This document shows positions 29,784 through 39,907 of a stretch of DNA of 64,000 bases, piece after piece. A program made the position numbers and the translations under genes. The notes under the pieces were generated by a model. The model did no database searches and was not told the DNA's origin. It saw nothing but the letters and a program-made list of their open reading frames with translations. Within the stretch, counting starts at the first letter, position 1, and each line of letters opens with the position of its first letter. The stretch is from assembly GCA_963676905.2 (NCBI GenBank), contig CAXXVE010000002.1, positions 241,761-305,760 on the forward strand, written 5' to 3'. Origin of the DNA: Oceanispirochaeta sp. GTDB lineage: Bacteria; Spirochaetota; Spirochaetia; DSM-2461.

Positions 29784-30560
29784 TCATTCCTTGAGTAGGT
29801 CAATGGCCTGATCAGTTGAATCATATCCGTATAGATAAAGATTCTCAAATTCCCAAGTGCCGAATTTCTTTTCGCTTGAAAGATACAATCTTCCGCGGCC
29901 TTTGCTTCCTTCCACCTTGAAGCTGAGCTCCGCGCTGCCGGTGCCTCCTCCGTTCGTGGATATTGATCCCTGAATGAATCCCTTCCTTTTCACATCATCA
30001 CCTAGGGCGGATATGACAGTTTCATTGGAATTAACTATCCTGAAGGCTTCCCTGTAGGGAATAGAGTTTGTGAATATAAGAAGCAGCAGAAGGTATAAAA
30101 CCGCTATGAAGGCTGTAATGATTGAAATTATAACAGCCGCTTTGATAATGATCTTCGATTTTCCAGAGGGTTCTTCCTCTGCAGAAATTGTTCCTTCCTT
30201 ATACTCGTCACCGCAGGCCGGGCAGAACCTGGCACCGCTGTCAACTTTCTTACCGCAGCTGCCGCATACTTTCCTTTCGGGAAGGAATCTCAGAATTAAA
30301 AAGGCGACCCATCCTGCAATCGGATAGATTCCGAACCACATCCAGTGGGGAGACCTGTTCCTCTTTTTAGCAGTTCTGATTCCCAGGATGACAGGGAGTA
30401 TCCAGATGAGCAGCAGAATTGTGAATGTAATGAAAATCTCCAATTTGAGTCCTCTTCTTTTTGTATTGATTAGAATGAATGAGCCGGAAGTACTTTCTCC
30501 TGACATGACATTTCGTTTAATATACGCATATTCATAATATTGTAAAAACAGAAATTTCAA
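29784..30560 (-). CDS. Membrane protein with a zinc ribbon and a C-terminal Coa1-like domain (true start probably downstream of 30560)
   Basis: KKRNRSPHWMWFG TM unit, CGSCG..FCPACG, then ISALGDDVK..GSISTNGG.G.AELSFKVEGSKGRG. Confidence 0.65.
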   Translation of the reverse strand: MKFLFLQYYEYAYIKRNVMSGESTSGSFILINTKRRGLKLEIFITFTILLLIWILPVILGIRTAKKRNRSPHWMWFGIYPIAGWVAFLILRFLPERKVCGSCGKKVDSGARFCPACGDEYKEGTISAEEEPSGKSKIIIKAAVIISIITAFIAVLYLLLLLIFTNSIPYREAFRIVNSNETVISALGDDVKRKGFIQGSISTNGGGTGSAELSFKVEGSKGRGRLYLSSEKKFGTWEFENLYLYGYDSTDQAIDLLKE

Positions 30561-30587
30561 AAGAAATTATTTGATAAGGAGAGGTTT

Positions 30588-31697
30588 ATGGCTGAGCAGA
30601 TAATGACATCGAAGGAGGACTCCTTTGCCCGGTTTACAATTACAAACAGGGTTCCGGGAATCCTCAATGACCTGATTGCTAATAACAGTTTCTCTCCCGA
30701 AGTTGAAAAGGGGCTCAAGGACCTGCTTGACTCCGTTCCTGCAGGAAAGCTGACTCCCATTGATGACAGTTATCCCTTTGCACCGGGCATCAATTCCTAT
30801 CTTGAAAATCATCCCGGCAGCAGCTGGCTGAATGCCCCTTTTTTGTTTCTTGAGAACTATCTCTACCACAGGATCTCTCAGATCTGCGGTTTTTTCAGCA
30901 ATGGTAAAGATTATTTCCTCTATAAAAAGGAGGCTGAGTTCCGTAAAGGTCTGGGCAAGTTTTCAGATATTCTGAAGAACATCGATTCAGTGGATGCCTT
31001 CCAGGAGATCTGCCTACTCAACCTGATGGGAAACAAGGCCGATTTGAGCCAGAACGGCTCCTACTATTCGGCAGATTCTGCTTCGGAGCTGCTCATCGAC
31101 CACCGGGAGAGAGCCGCTGCCGCAATCAATGAATCCTCCCGGGTTGATATCGTTCTTGACAATGCGGGGGAAGAGCTGTTTTTCGACCTGCTGCTTGCCT
31201 TCTGGCTTTTGAAGAATACAAAGGTGGCTAAAGTCAAACTCCACTTTAAGAAGATGCCTTACTTTGTCTCGGATGCTCTTGTTAATGACTATCGTTTCCT
31301 CCTGGATATCCTATCAGAACAAAAGGACACCGCCTGGTTTTCCGATGCCCTTAAGAACTTTGAGGATGAGGGGGCTCTGGAACTTGGTGACGATCCCTGT
31401 TTTGTAAATGGAGAGCTCTATTCGGCAATGGAGCTGCCAAAGGAGCTTTCCCTTTCCGATCTGATAATCTTCAAAGGGGACTTGAACTATCGCAGGCTTG
31501 TGGGAGATAACTACTGGGCCTATGAAACAGAAACTTCTTCCATTATTGACTATTTCCAGGCGGATATTCTGATAAGCCGGATTCTGAAATGTGAGGTTGT
31601 TGTCGGTCTGGAGGCTGATGCCGTTCCCGACAGGGAAAAGACAGACTGGATGTTCAACGGTAACTATGGACTGATTGAACTTGTAAAAAGGAAATAA
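30588..31697 (+). CDS. ARMT1/DUF89 damage-control phosphatase
   Basis: PFLFLENYLY, LMGNKADLS, LDNAGEELFFD, FVSDA, FKGDLNYRRL. Confidence 0.9.
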   Translation: MAEQIMTSKEDSFARFTITNRVPGILNDLIANNSFSPEVEKGLKDLLDSVPAGKLTPIDDSYPFAPGINSYLENHPGSSWLNAPFLFLENYLYHRISQICGFFSNGKDYFLYKKEAEFRKGLGKFSDILKNIDSVDAFQEICLLNLMGNKADLSQNGSYYSADSASELLIDHRERAAAAINESSRVDIVLDNAGEELFFDLLLAFWLLKNTKVAKVKLHFKKMPYFVSDALVNDYRFLLDILSEQKDTAWFSDALKNFEDEGALELGDDPCFVNGELYSAMELPKELSLSDLIIFKGDLNYRRLVGDNYWAYETETSSIIDYFQADILISRILKCEVVVGLEADAVPDREKTDWMFNGNYGLIELVKRK

Positions 31698-31698
31698 A

Positions 31699-32418
31699 TT
31701 GAGCGGGAATATGAAAATTACATCTGTACTGAATATCTATGAGGTTCAGGAGTTTATCTCCTGGATGTGTGAGAACTTCTGCTTTACCGAGCAACCGGTT
31801 CAGGAAGAGGATTACAGATCTATAACAAACGGCAACTGCCGTATCCGCGTCTATCAGGCTGACAAGCCCTGCGAGCCCTTCTACGGCGACGAAGGGGCCT
31901 ATACAGGCTGGGAACATATCGCCCTTGAGACCGCGGACATCAACCTGGCCTTTGAGCACTGCAAGGCAAAGGGGTTCCGACTGGAGCTGTGCGAGGGCAG
32001 GCCCTTTTACAATCCCGGGGTGTGGGGAACGGGGATGTGGTTTTTCAATGTCTTTACAGACTTCGGCATCAAGCTTGAACTGGCACAGAGACTGGACACT
32101 CCCCCGTTAGAATATACACAGCTTTGTTTCGGCCTGGAGCACTACGGCTGCCCCGTATACAATATGCAGGAGATGAAAAAGTTCTACATGGATCTGGGCT
32201 TTACAGACCTTATGAGCGAACGTCTGGGCGAGGAGGGCAGCTATGTCTACTGTTCCATGATGGGCCTGGGCGACAATATTGTCGAACTCTATGAAACGTC
32301 AGGCATCCCCCATACGAAGTATGAGGGCAAGGCCTTTGATTCCATTCTTATCGAAGGGCTGGATGAAAAGGCTGGTCTGGTGCAGTCACCCAACGGGGAG
32401 AAAATTCAACTGATATAG
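31699..32418 (+). CDS. VOC/glyoxalase family protein, two domains
   Basis: GWEHIALET, FGIKLEL, GLEHYG, VELYE metal-ligand pattern. Confidence 0.75.
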   Translation: MSGNMKITSVLNIYEVQEFISWMCENFCFTEQPVQEEDYRSITNGNCRIRVYQADKPCEPFYGDEGAYTGWEHIALETADINLAFEHCKAKGFRLELCEGRPFYNPGVWGTGMWFFNVFTDFGIKLELAQRLDTPPLEYTQLCFGLEHYGCPVYNMQEMKKFYMDLGFTDLMSERLGEEGSYVYCSMMGLGDNIVELYETSGIPHTKYEGKAFDSILIEGLDEKAGLVQSPNGEKIQLI

Positions 32419-32444
32419 GGATCGGGGCAGAAGAGCCCTGCAGG

Positions 32445-33248
32445 CTATTGAAGTAATAAAGCTGTTCTTTCAGCGATCAGATTGTTTACATCCCTGTCAT
32501 ACCAATAGTGGCCGTGGCTCTTGATCAGTCCCCCTGTATTTTCGATACAGTCGGAGATCCAGGGAACATCAAAAGCTCCGCCCAGAGGCTTCAGTGGCCA
32601 TCCGAGAACATCGTCTTTATCGTAAATGTTGAGCCACTCAAATACAGCCCCCGGTTTTGCAAAGGGTGTCGGTTCAGAGAGTCCGGCAGTGAATAAGGGG
32701 ATATTGCATCCGCTTGTGGCAAAAAGGAGCAGCTTTTCTTCAAGAGTGGGCGGTGGTGTGAATGGATTCTCACCTTTGGGGTCATATATGCCCTTTTTGT
32801 TCTGAATGTCATAGATCATATTGCTTATGATATGGCAGCCGAATGAGTGTGCTCTGATAATCAGTTTTTCATCAGGTTCCATTTTTTCAAGGCATTTGCT
32901 GAGTTCATTGTGCAGGTAGCGGTGGATGGACTGGTAGTTGCTTGATGCCTTGTATGTTTTTGTTCCGTAAACTGTTGCATCAGCGGCGTAGTCCATTATC
33001 AGCTTCCGTAGAAAATCAAAATCGATGTCCGCCTTCAGATCCATTGACTGCCAGTATTTTGCTACATTGTCTCCGGCTATCCGCGAGTATATGACACCAT
33101 CTGCTGAACTGACCTTAATCCCCTTTTTCTTCAATGCTTTAACTAGAGGCTTTTTCTTTTTATCCCAAAAATCATCTTCCTGATCACCAATGCCGTGAAT
33201 AAACAGTATTCTGACTCTATCTGCCATTGTGCCGCTCCTTATTTTCAA
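32445..33248 (-). CDS. alpha/beta hydrolase (PGAP1/DDHD phospholipase-like)
   Basis: FIHGIG, AHSFG nucleophile elbow, NIYDKDDVLGWP, SHGHYW. Confidence 0.7.
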   Translation of the reverse strand: MKIRSGTMADRVRILFIHGIGDQEDDFWDKKKKPLVKALKKKGIKVSSADGVIYSRIAGDNVAKYWQSMDLKADIDFDFLRKLIMDYAADATVYGTKTYKASSNYQSIHRYLHNELSKCLEKMEPDEKLIIRAHSFGCHIISNMIYDIQNKKGIYDPKGENPFTPPPTLEEKLLLFATSGCNIPLFTAGLSEPTPFAKPGAVFEWLNIYDKDDVLGWPLKPLGGAFDVPWISDCIENTGGLIKSHGHYWYDRDVNNLIAERTALLLQ

Positions 33249-33395
33249 TATATGTCAAAGCCATACCTGGTTCGAAAGGTTACCGTATCGGGAGGGTGTT
33301 GTCCATTTCTGAATCTTCGAAATTATTATCACAAGAAATATAATATCATGATATAATGAACATTTGTGAACTATATAGCCAGATGAGGAGGTCGC

Positions 33396-33764
33396 GTGTC
33401 AGATAAGATTTCAGTTGTCCCTTCTGGAGGAGCCAATCCTCCCGAATCATCCAAAGACCCAATCCGTTTGATGATTGAAGTCGCTGAAAATGAAAATTTG
33501 TCTCCCGAGGACAAAGCAGCGATAATTTCCTATTCAACAAACAGATTTCGAAACAGAAGAAAGATGGCCTATATTGCCCTCTATACAATCATTTTTTCGA
33601 CCATCTTTCTATTTGTTGCCGCATTGATTGATGGAATAAGCGGCACTACCAGTATCCTCCAGATGATCAGCAAGAATCAGACACTTATCATCTGGCTGGA
33701 AGGATTTCTCGTTTCAATTATTGCAGCATACTACGGGGTGAGCGCTCTTCGTCCATCAAGCTGA
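33396..33764 (+). CDS. Small 2-TM membrane protein (holin-like topology)
   Basis: RFRNRRKMAY followed by two hydrophobic helices, AAYYGVS end; SD gaggagg. Confidence 0.7.
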   Translation: MSDKISVVPSGGANPPESSKDPIRLMIEVAENENLSPEDKAAIISYSTNRFRNRRKMAYIALYTIIFSTIFLFVAALIDGISGTTSILQMISKNQTLIIWLEGFLVSIIAAYYGVSALRPSS

Positions 33765-33778
33765 TAGAGGAGAGACCA

Positions 33779-34261
33779 ATGAAAAATAACCGCATTTATG
33801 CAGGTTTAGTTTTCCTTCTGCTACTTGGCGGCTGTGCTTTAAAAGTAACGGCTGTTGGCGAATATGATCCGATTCTGGATGAATCAATTCATAATATTGA
33901 ATCCCAGACAGCAGAACACTATGATCTTGTTATTTCCAATAAAGGGATGAATGACGGATCATACAGCAATCAGAAAGCCTTCTATTCCAAAATGAGGGGA
34001 GAAGTACAGGCTCTCATCATCCGGGCGGAAATCATTGAGAATGAATTAAAACTGAAGCCCTTGACAGACAACCTGAATGAACTGCTTCTCCAGTATAAAG
34101 ATCTTGAACTGCTTCATCAAATCTCTGAAGAGGGGTCGGAAAGTCTTGTTACTTCCTTCGAAAGCGCCCGGGAGGCCACAGATCAATCATTTAGAGCCAT
34201 TGTAAAATATATGCTGTATTTGAAATGGAATCAGAAGCAGCCTGTTTTAGATGAGGAGTAG
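33779..34261 (+). CDS. Hypothetical lipoprotein
   Basis: Lipobox LGG-C; helical mature part. Confidence 0.75.
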   Translation: MKNNRIYAGLVFLLLLGGCALKVTAVGEYDPILDESIHNIESQTAEHYDLVISNKGMNDGSYSNQKAFYSKMRGEVQALIIRAEIIENELKLKPLTDNLNELLLQYKDLELLHQISEEGSESLVTSFESAREATDQSFRAIVKYMLYLKWNQKQPVLDEE

Positions 34262-34267
34262 TTCATT

Positions 34268-34603
34268 ATGGATGAAGAAAAAATTAAAGAACTTGGTATG
34301 AAAATCATGACCTCTTTGAAGGCAGAGCTCCAGGAAAAATGGGAAGAAGCGGAAGTTTTTGCTGAAAGTGAATCAAAAAAATTCGCAGGCAATATCGCGG
34401 AAATTGCTCTATGGGAAAGAACAGGGAAAATTACCAAGGAGCAGAGTGTCGTTCTTCTGCGGATGCATCAGCGTTCAATGAAGATGGTTTTGACAGCTCT
34501 TGAAGGTATCAGTCTTGTCCTTGCAGAACGGGCTATCAATTCAGTTATTGAAACTGTTGGAGAATTTGTTAATGATTTAATCGGTTGGAAGCTGTTTAAA
34601 TAG
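34268..34603 (+). CDS. Hypothetical helical protein
   Basis: SD gaggag; 6 nt after the lipoprotein stop. Confidence 0.72.
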   Translation: MDEEKIKELGMKIMTSLKAELQEKWEEAEVFAESESKKFAGNIAEIALWERTGKITKEQSVVLLRMHQRSMKMVLTALEGISLVLAERAINSVIETVGEFVNDLIGWKLFK

Positions 34604-34636
34604 CTTCTTTTTTAGGCTGTTCTTATGCCTTGTGAG

Positions 34637-34666
34637 ACCCCGGTATTCAAAGAGTGGTACCGGGGT
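34637..34666. terminator. Hairpin between convergent genes
   Basis: accccggta / taccggggt perfect 9-bp stem. Confidence 0.6.
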
Positions 34667-34680
34667 GCAATGCCATCTTA

Positions 34681-36699
34681 CTAGTTTGCAATGAGGTCCA
34701 TTATTTCAGAACTCATTGGAATAACAACCTGTGCTACTGATATAATTTCACTCGTTGATACATCCATAAGCCGTGAAAACACAATCACTGATGATTCTGT
34801 TGGAATGATGGTTCCTGTAATAAAATAATCTACGGACAGTAGTTTCCCTACATCCAGGGCTTTATCCGTATCAATCAGACCCGACAGGCTAAGTTTCTGC
34901 TCATCCAGGATTTCATTTAGCTTGTCTCTCTCAATCACTGTAAATCCGCTTGAAACAAATTCCATCTGGGCAGACTGGTTCAGATATTCAGAAAAAGGTG
35001 ATTCGGGGGTCCCCTTCTGATTAAAGGGTGAAACCGCAATTGATGAATCCCTGGATGTGATGGATGAAATGAGTTCATTCAGCATGGCGGTAACATAGGT
35101 TTCCAGTGGTAGATCATTGTTTATGGGTAAGACAGGCTCAACAGCAAGATTCTTTGAAATTTCCTCTGTAGTCAATTCCAGTTCTGTACCCAGTATTTCA
35201 ATATATTTGTCAAGAATCATCAATTCATCTTCAAAGCCGATATTATCAAGCTTCATTTTACTGTTCAGGACAATCTGTTTTGTATCTGTAACAATATTGA
35301 TAGCCATCTCAAGATCATTTTTTATACTGTTCTCCAGTTCAGAAATCTCATCTGAGGTTATTTCATCATATTCCTTCTGCTGCTCCTCTTTGGTGAGCAG
35401 CTCGATGCCCTCTTTCTCATTGAATACTTCGTATCGTTTGGAATTGATCTCATCATTGATGTTTTTGATCCTGTAGTAGATCTGACCCACTTCAATGAGT
35501 CTCTCGCCGATGAGCTTCATAGTGGATGACTTTAATACTGTGTAATTTGATATTCCAAAAACAGGCTGCGGTCCTTTGATGAAGTCAGACATGATCGTAA
35601 TCTCAGGTAAAACGATATGGTTTCCCTGAATATCATCATATTCAACAAAGACTTTTGCCAGTGTACTTTCTCCTGTTTTGTCATTCGGCCGGATTGTAAT
35701 ATCAGCCAGTATGGTTTCATAATCTCCATTGTGAAGAGTCGGGAGGAAATAACTTACACCACTTTGAGTTTCCTTGTTTCTGTATCCCCATGTCTTTTCC
35801 AGTTCTATGAACTCCGGAAACTCAATTTCTATTTCCAGATTTCGGGCGGCCGGTACAATCATGCGGTCAAGTTCATCACCAAAGGTCTCTCTCATTTCCT
35901 CTCTATCAGAAATAAATCTGCTGCTTCCTCCGCCAGCCTTGGCAAGATCGATCATTAAATTAACATCAAAATTGGTGCCGACTCCTATGGTCGAGACATT
36001 TATCCCCCGCTCATTGAACGTTTCGGCCAGATCAATAATGCCTTCACTTTGTCCTTCCCCGTCGGTCAGGAATAACACTCTATTGTTGTATTCAGAGCGA
36101 TAATTAGCCATGACCTGGGTATATCCGTCCTCCAGCCCGGCTCTTAAATTGGTACCACCGCCGGCTTCAACGGAATGAACGGCTGCACTGAACCGGCTTC
36201 TTTTTTCCTGTGAATCCATCCTGGTGGAAGTAAAGACTGTTTCTGATTCATTGTCGAATACGATCAATGATACATAATCGATGTCCCTGACTTTCTGGAT
36301 AAAGATATCGAAAGATTCTTTTACCCATTCAAGCTTTTCATCTGAGACCATCGATCCGCTCTTATCTATGACAAATGATAAATTCAGAGGAGGCAAATCT
36401 TCAAAAGGAGTTTTGTTTGCTTTTATTCCTATCTGTAATGTTTCATTCTGACCGGTATTTGAAATCTGATTATGACCATTATATGTATAGACAGCAAAAT
36501 CACCTGTTTCAGGCAGTCTGTAATTGTAATCAAGTTGAGCAATATAACCGTTTACATGAATATCGTCAGGCGGGATTATAATCCCGTTTCCTGCAAGATA
36601 CTTACCATGAGTTGATGAGGCAGCGCCTTCCTGCTGCCCGGAACTGAACAGGATTTGAGCAGTCATCAAAATAACAAGAACTGATATAATCTTTTTCAT
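34681..36699 (-). CDS. Secreted VWA-domain protein (YfbK-like) with a C-terminal FlgO/CsgG-like domain
   Basis: IDKSGSM MIDAS motif, GGGTN, FLTDG; C-terminal IERDKLNEILDEQKLSLSGLID..GKLLSVDYFITG. Confidence 0.8.
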   Translation of the reverse strand: MKKIISVLVILMTAQILFSSGQQEGAASSTHGKYLAGNGIIIPPDDIHVNGYIAQLDYNYRLPETGDFAVYTYNGHNQISNTGQNETLQIGIKANKTPFEDLPPLNLSFVIDKSGSMVSDEKLEWVKESFDIFIQKVRDIDYVSLIVFDNESETVFTSTRMDSQEKRSRFSAAVHSVEAGGGTNLRAGLEDGYTQVMANYRSEYNNRVLFLTDGEGQSEGIIDLAETFNERGINVSTIGVGTNFDVNLMIDLAKAGGGSSRFISDREEMRETFGDELDRMIVPAARNLEIEIEFPEFIELEKTWGYRNKETQSGVSYFLPTLHNGDYETILADITIRPNDKTGESTLAKVFVEYDDIQGNHIVLPEITIMSDFIKGPQPVFGISNYTVLKSSTMKLIGERLIEVGQIYYRIKNINDEINSKRYEVFNEKEGIELLTKEEQQKEYDEITSDEISELENSIKNDLEMAINIVTDTKQIVLNSKMKLDNIGFEDELMILDKYIEILGTELELTTEEISKNLAVEPVLPINNDLPLETYVTAMLNELISSITSRDSSIAVSPFNQKGTPESPFSEYLNQSAQMEFVSSGFTVIERDKLNEILDEQKLSLSGLIDTDKALDVGKLLSVDYFITGTIIPTESSVIVFSRLMDVSTSEIISVAQVVIPMSSEIMDLIAN

Positions 36700-37060
36700 A
36701 ATTACTCCAGAGTGATCCAGTTTGTTCAATGCTTTTCCTGCAGTACGAAATATACGGTCCTGGCAGGAAAATAAACTTAAGGTTTGATAGAGGTTACAAA
36801 TGTTTACTAATGGTTGTTATGCTATACCATGCGGGGATCAGAGGCAATGATATTTCTTGATAAAAATCTGAAGGAGGGTTGTACTTGGAGAGAGTGCCTT
36901 CTATTCCGGGAGAACTATGGATTCAATAAAATGGTCAATTGAAGAATTCATTCTGCCAGCTTTTTTACACTGATCATCCTGCATTCCCGTTCTATTGGAA
37001 CCTTATGCAAAGTAGGTTGTAATGTGATTCTTTCAGTCACGTGATCAACAGATAAAAATA

Positions 37061-37753
37061 TTATTTATTGATTTCATACCTTAAAATTTCATTTTTTCTT
37101 GGCACAGAATTATATTTTTTTACCCATTTATTTCTTTTTTTTACCTCATATGTTTTAAATGCAAATGGTATGCCTCGAGCAATTTTAAAATCATCAGTAT
37201 CCATGAATTGCATATGTAGATGTGGCATTAGGGAATTCCCTGAATGACCTAATTCCCCAATTTTATCATGTACATTAATTTTTTGACCTACTTCTAAATT
37301 TACAGATCCTTTTTTTAAATGCGCCAATAGAGCAAATTCATTCTCACTTATTTTAATCATTACATAATTTCCAGTAATGGATTTATGTGATACATCATTA
37401 CTAATGTATTGTTTTGTAACTTTTATAGTGTTTTTATAATCGGTAAAAATATTTACAGGATTTCTTTCTTCAATATTATTTTCTAAACCAACTACCACAC
37501 CGCTTACAGGAGATACAACTGTTTGTCCCCATCCATAAAAATCATGTAATTTTAATCCTTTAAATAGATATTGAAAAAAACTATTACGATATGTTTTTTT
37601 TAGCAGGTCATTTTCTTGAATCATTACAAAATCTATGGCATACGTCTCTCCAAAGCTATTTGTTCCATGGCTAGGGATATTTGATCCAGGTGTGTTTGGG
37701 GAATAATATATTCCCTCTAAAGGGAAAGAGACAATCATCATTTTATTATTCAA
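37061..37753 (-). CDS. M23 family metallopeptidase (distal cassette, no closing attC seen)
   Basis: SHG..YAIDF, GNYVMI, LAHLKKGS, GHSGNS..PHLHMQ. Confidence 0.85.
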   Translation of the reverse strand: MNNKMMIVSFPLEGIYYSPNTPGSNIPSHGTNSFGETYAIDFVMIQENDLLKKTYRNSFFQYLFKGLKLHDFYGWGQTVVSPVSGVVVGLENNIEERNPVNIFTDYKNTIKVTKQYISNDVSHKSITGNYVMIKISENEFALLAHLKKGSVNLEVGQKINVHDKIGELGHSGNSLMPHLHMQFMDTDDFKIARGIPFAFKTYEVKKRNKWVKKYNSVPRKNEILRYEINK

Positions 37754-37856
37754 TTAATTTTCTCCTGATTTATAACAACTTTAAATATGTATTAGGATAA
37801 TGAATCCAATTGGTATTATTGTCTTTGATCATTACTTCGTTAGAGCGCAAAGAGTT

Positions 37857-37955
37857 CAGCAACGACCGCATAAGCTATAAACCGTTAAGCTGGCGCATTT
37901 TGTGCGAATGCAGAAACTTTGACAGTAGGATTGTCGGTTTCATACGGAGTGATAT
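37857..37955 (-). repeat. Degenerate attC site (R'' ATATCAC instead of ATATAAC)
   Basis: Shares aagctggcg and gacagtagg blocks with the 39797 attC; inverse core mutated. Confidence 0.65.
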
Positions 37956-38072
37956 ACACTTATATACATATTTAATCGCAAGTTCAATAATACTCTCTAT
38001 TTGTCAGGAAATATATAATATAACTTTTCCTGTCAATAATTTCTTCTGTAGATTACAAACAGGAACAGGACT

Positions 38073-39257
38073 TTATCGCGTTGCTCTTTCTAAATATGTG
38101 ATTATCTCCTGAGATGCTGCTTTGCATCCGGGAGCATTTAAAAAAGAACGGGAAACTTTATAACAGTTATTCTTATAATCGCTGTTCTTAAAAATTTCCG
38201 TTATTGCCTTTTGAATGGTTTTTGACTGCAAGTTTCTCAATCTTATTCCGCACTTTAATTCCTCAATACGGAAAGCGACCTCTTCCTGTTCTGATTGAAA
38301 AGGGTAAACACAAAGCGGAACACTGTTAAACAGACCTTCATTTACACTGTTCATTCCGCCGTGCGTTACAAAGAGATCCGTATATTTGAGTATTTCTATC
38401 TGATTCACATGCTTTTTTACTACTACATTTTCCGGAAAGGTTCTTTTCATATCATCATCACAGGCACCAGATAATACAAGAGTACCGTACAAACCAGATA
38501 ATGACTTGATAATATCCGGTATACTATACATCTCTTTCCAGACAGTTCCCATGGATACATAAATAAAGGGGTGCGGGTATCGGGAGTAGTCTTCGGTATC
38601 CGGATCGTCATCCCTCCCGAAAATCATCGGCCCGATAAATCTGTATTTATCTTTATCGAAGGACTCTGAATAGGGCTGGAAATATTCTGAATTGTATACA
38701 ATATTCAGAGGTTCTTCATTCATCATCGAATTAATGAATCCCTGGGGGGCAATACCATGTCTTTTATACATTTCCTTTTGTATTTGACCGGCTTTTTTCA
38801 GATCCCTGATACCCTTTATTCCTGCTTTGCGGAAAAACACGATACTGTTTCTAAAATTCTTCACGTTGCTGTTGAAGGCAAATGTTGATATGGATGAGAT
38901 GGCCGGAATCCCGCAGATTGCAGCAGCATATCTGCCCCATACTGAGATTGAATCATGGATAATATAGTCAGGTTTTATTTGATTTATATCATCAATCAGT
39001 TTATCCAGAATACAGGCTGTTGTTTTGACTATATCATGATAAAGAGACGCCAGATTTTTTCCTATTTCAGATTTTCCGAATCCTTTGGAGAATGAATACT
39101 CTCTGTATTCTGCACCAGTAGCCTCTATTTTATCTTTAAACTCTTCAAGAGAATAATAGATGATTTCTTCCCCATTATTCACAAGTTCTTTTACAAGAGG
39201 TAAAGTCGGGTTTGTATGACCATGTGCCGGAATACTGAAAAAGACTGCTTTTGACAT
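38073..39257 (-). CDS. MGT family (macrolide/OleD-YjiC-like) glycosyltransferase
   Basis: IPAHGHTNPTL, YVSMGT, DLFVTHGGMNSVNEGL..PFQSEQ. Confidence 0.88.
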   Translation of the reverse strand: MSKAVFFSIPAHGHTNPTLPLVKELVNNGEEIIYYSLEEFKDKIEATGAEYREYSFSKGFGKSEIGKNLASLYHDIVKTTACILDKLIDDINQIKPDYIIHDSISVWGRYAAAICGIPAISSISTFAFNSNVKNFRNSIVFFRKAGIKGIRDLKKAGQIQKEMYKRHGIAPQGFINSMMNEEPLNIVYNSEYFQPYSESFDKDKYRFIGPMIFGRDDDPDTEDYSRYPHPFIYVSMGTVWKEMYSIPDIIKSLSGLYGTLVLSGACDDDMKRTFPENVVVKKHVNQIEILKYTDLFVTHGGMNSVNEGLFNSVPLCVYPFQSEQEEVAFRIEELKCGIRLRNLQSKTIQKAITEIFKNSDYKNNCYKVSRSFLNAPGCKAASQEIITYLERATR

Positions 39258-39634
39258 TCTACCTCCAGATAATCGAATGAAAGAGGATGTATATACCGAA
39301 AGGTTTATAGGAATGTATCAGTAGAAGAGTCTTGATTTCCAGTTTTTTCACTATGCCTTTTATATACAATGTGTGATCTTGTACCTTCCAAAGATATTAT
39401 AGACGGAAACTCTAATCAATGTCTTTAATAAGATATGCTATTCTAGTTCTTATGGCTTCCTAAGTTCATTGATACACGCTATTTATCAGGAAAAATATGA
39501 ATTTTCAGGAACACATAATAAATCAGAAATTCCGAGTAATTAACTTTTAAATGCGGTTTTAATTTATTTTTTTGAAATCATTAAGATAAGAATAATTTGA
39601 GAAATTTAGAAAAAATACAGAATATAAGATTTTT

Positions 39635-39790
39635 CTACCTTTCTAGTTGAATTCCCTCTTGCTCTAACCGTCTGACAGCCTCTCTACGGAAATCCTCCGC
39701 ATAGGCCTGAAATTTCTTCCGCGACATGTAAACACCCTCCATAATCAATCATAATCTAACTATAGTTGGTGTCCACTTTCTCAGGGGCAC
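39635..39790 (-). mobile_element. IS3-family left-end remnant (IRL plus 30-codon orfA fragment at 39727-39635)
   Basis: Minus strand TGTGCCCCTGAGAAAGTGGACAC, SD GGAGG, then MSRKKFQAYAEDFRREAVRRLEQEG..stop. Confidence 0.7.
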
Positions 39791-39796
39791 AGTGAT

Positions 39797-39906
39797 ATAT
39801 AACATTCTTTTAAGCTGCAGCTCGTAAGCTGGCGTGAAATCTGACTGCAAAGCAAAATAGCAGATTTCATGACAGTAGGGCTGACAGTATCAAAAGCTTG
39901 TTATAT
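39797..39906 (-). repeat. attC site, 110 bp
   Basis: atataac..gttatat cores, ctttt/aaaag stem with extrahelical C, internal tgaaatctg/cagatttca hairpin; 1 nt after the Fic stop. Confidence 0.9.
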
Positions 39907-39907
39907 T

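Noticed and set aside
36730-36900. Hairpin upstream of the VWA gene as a possible c-di-GMP riboswitch
   Set aside because: The GEMM core motifs were not recognisable.
36880-37060. Possible closing attC for the M23 cassette (gttgtaa at about 37016)
   Set aside because: No partner core or hairpin was found.
37770-38036. Extra GTTAT/TAAC motifs at 37770-37776, 37839-37845 and 38018-38024 suggesting empty cassettes
   Set aside because: No L-box pairing or conserved bulged C could be drawn, and such heptamers are frequent in AT-rich DNA.
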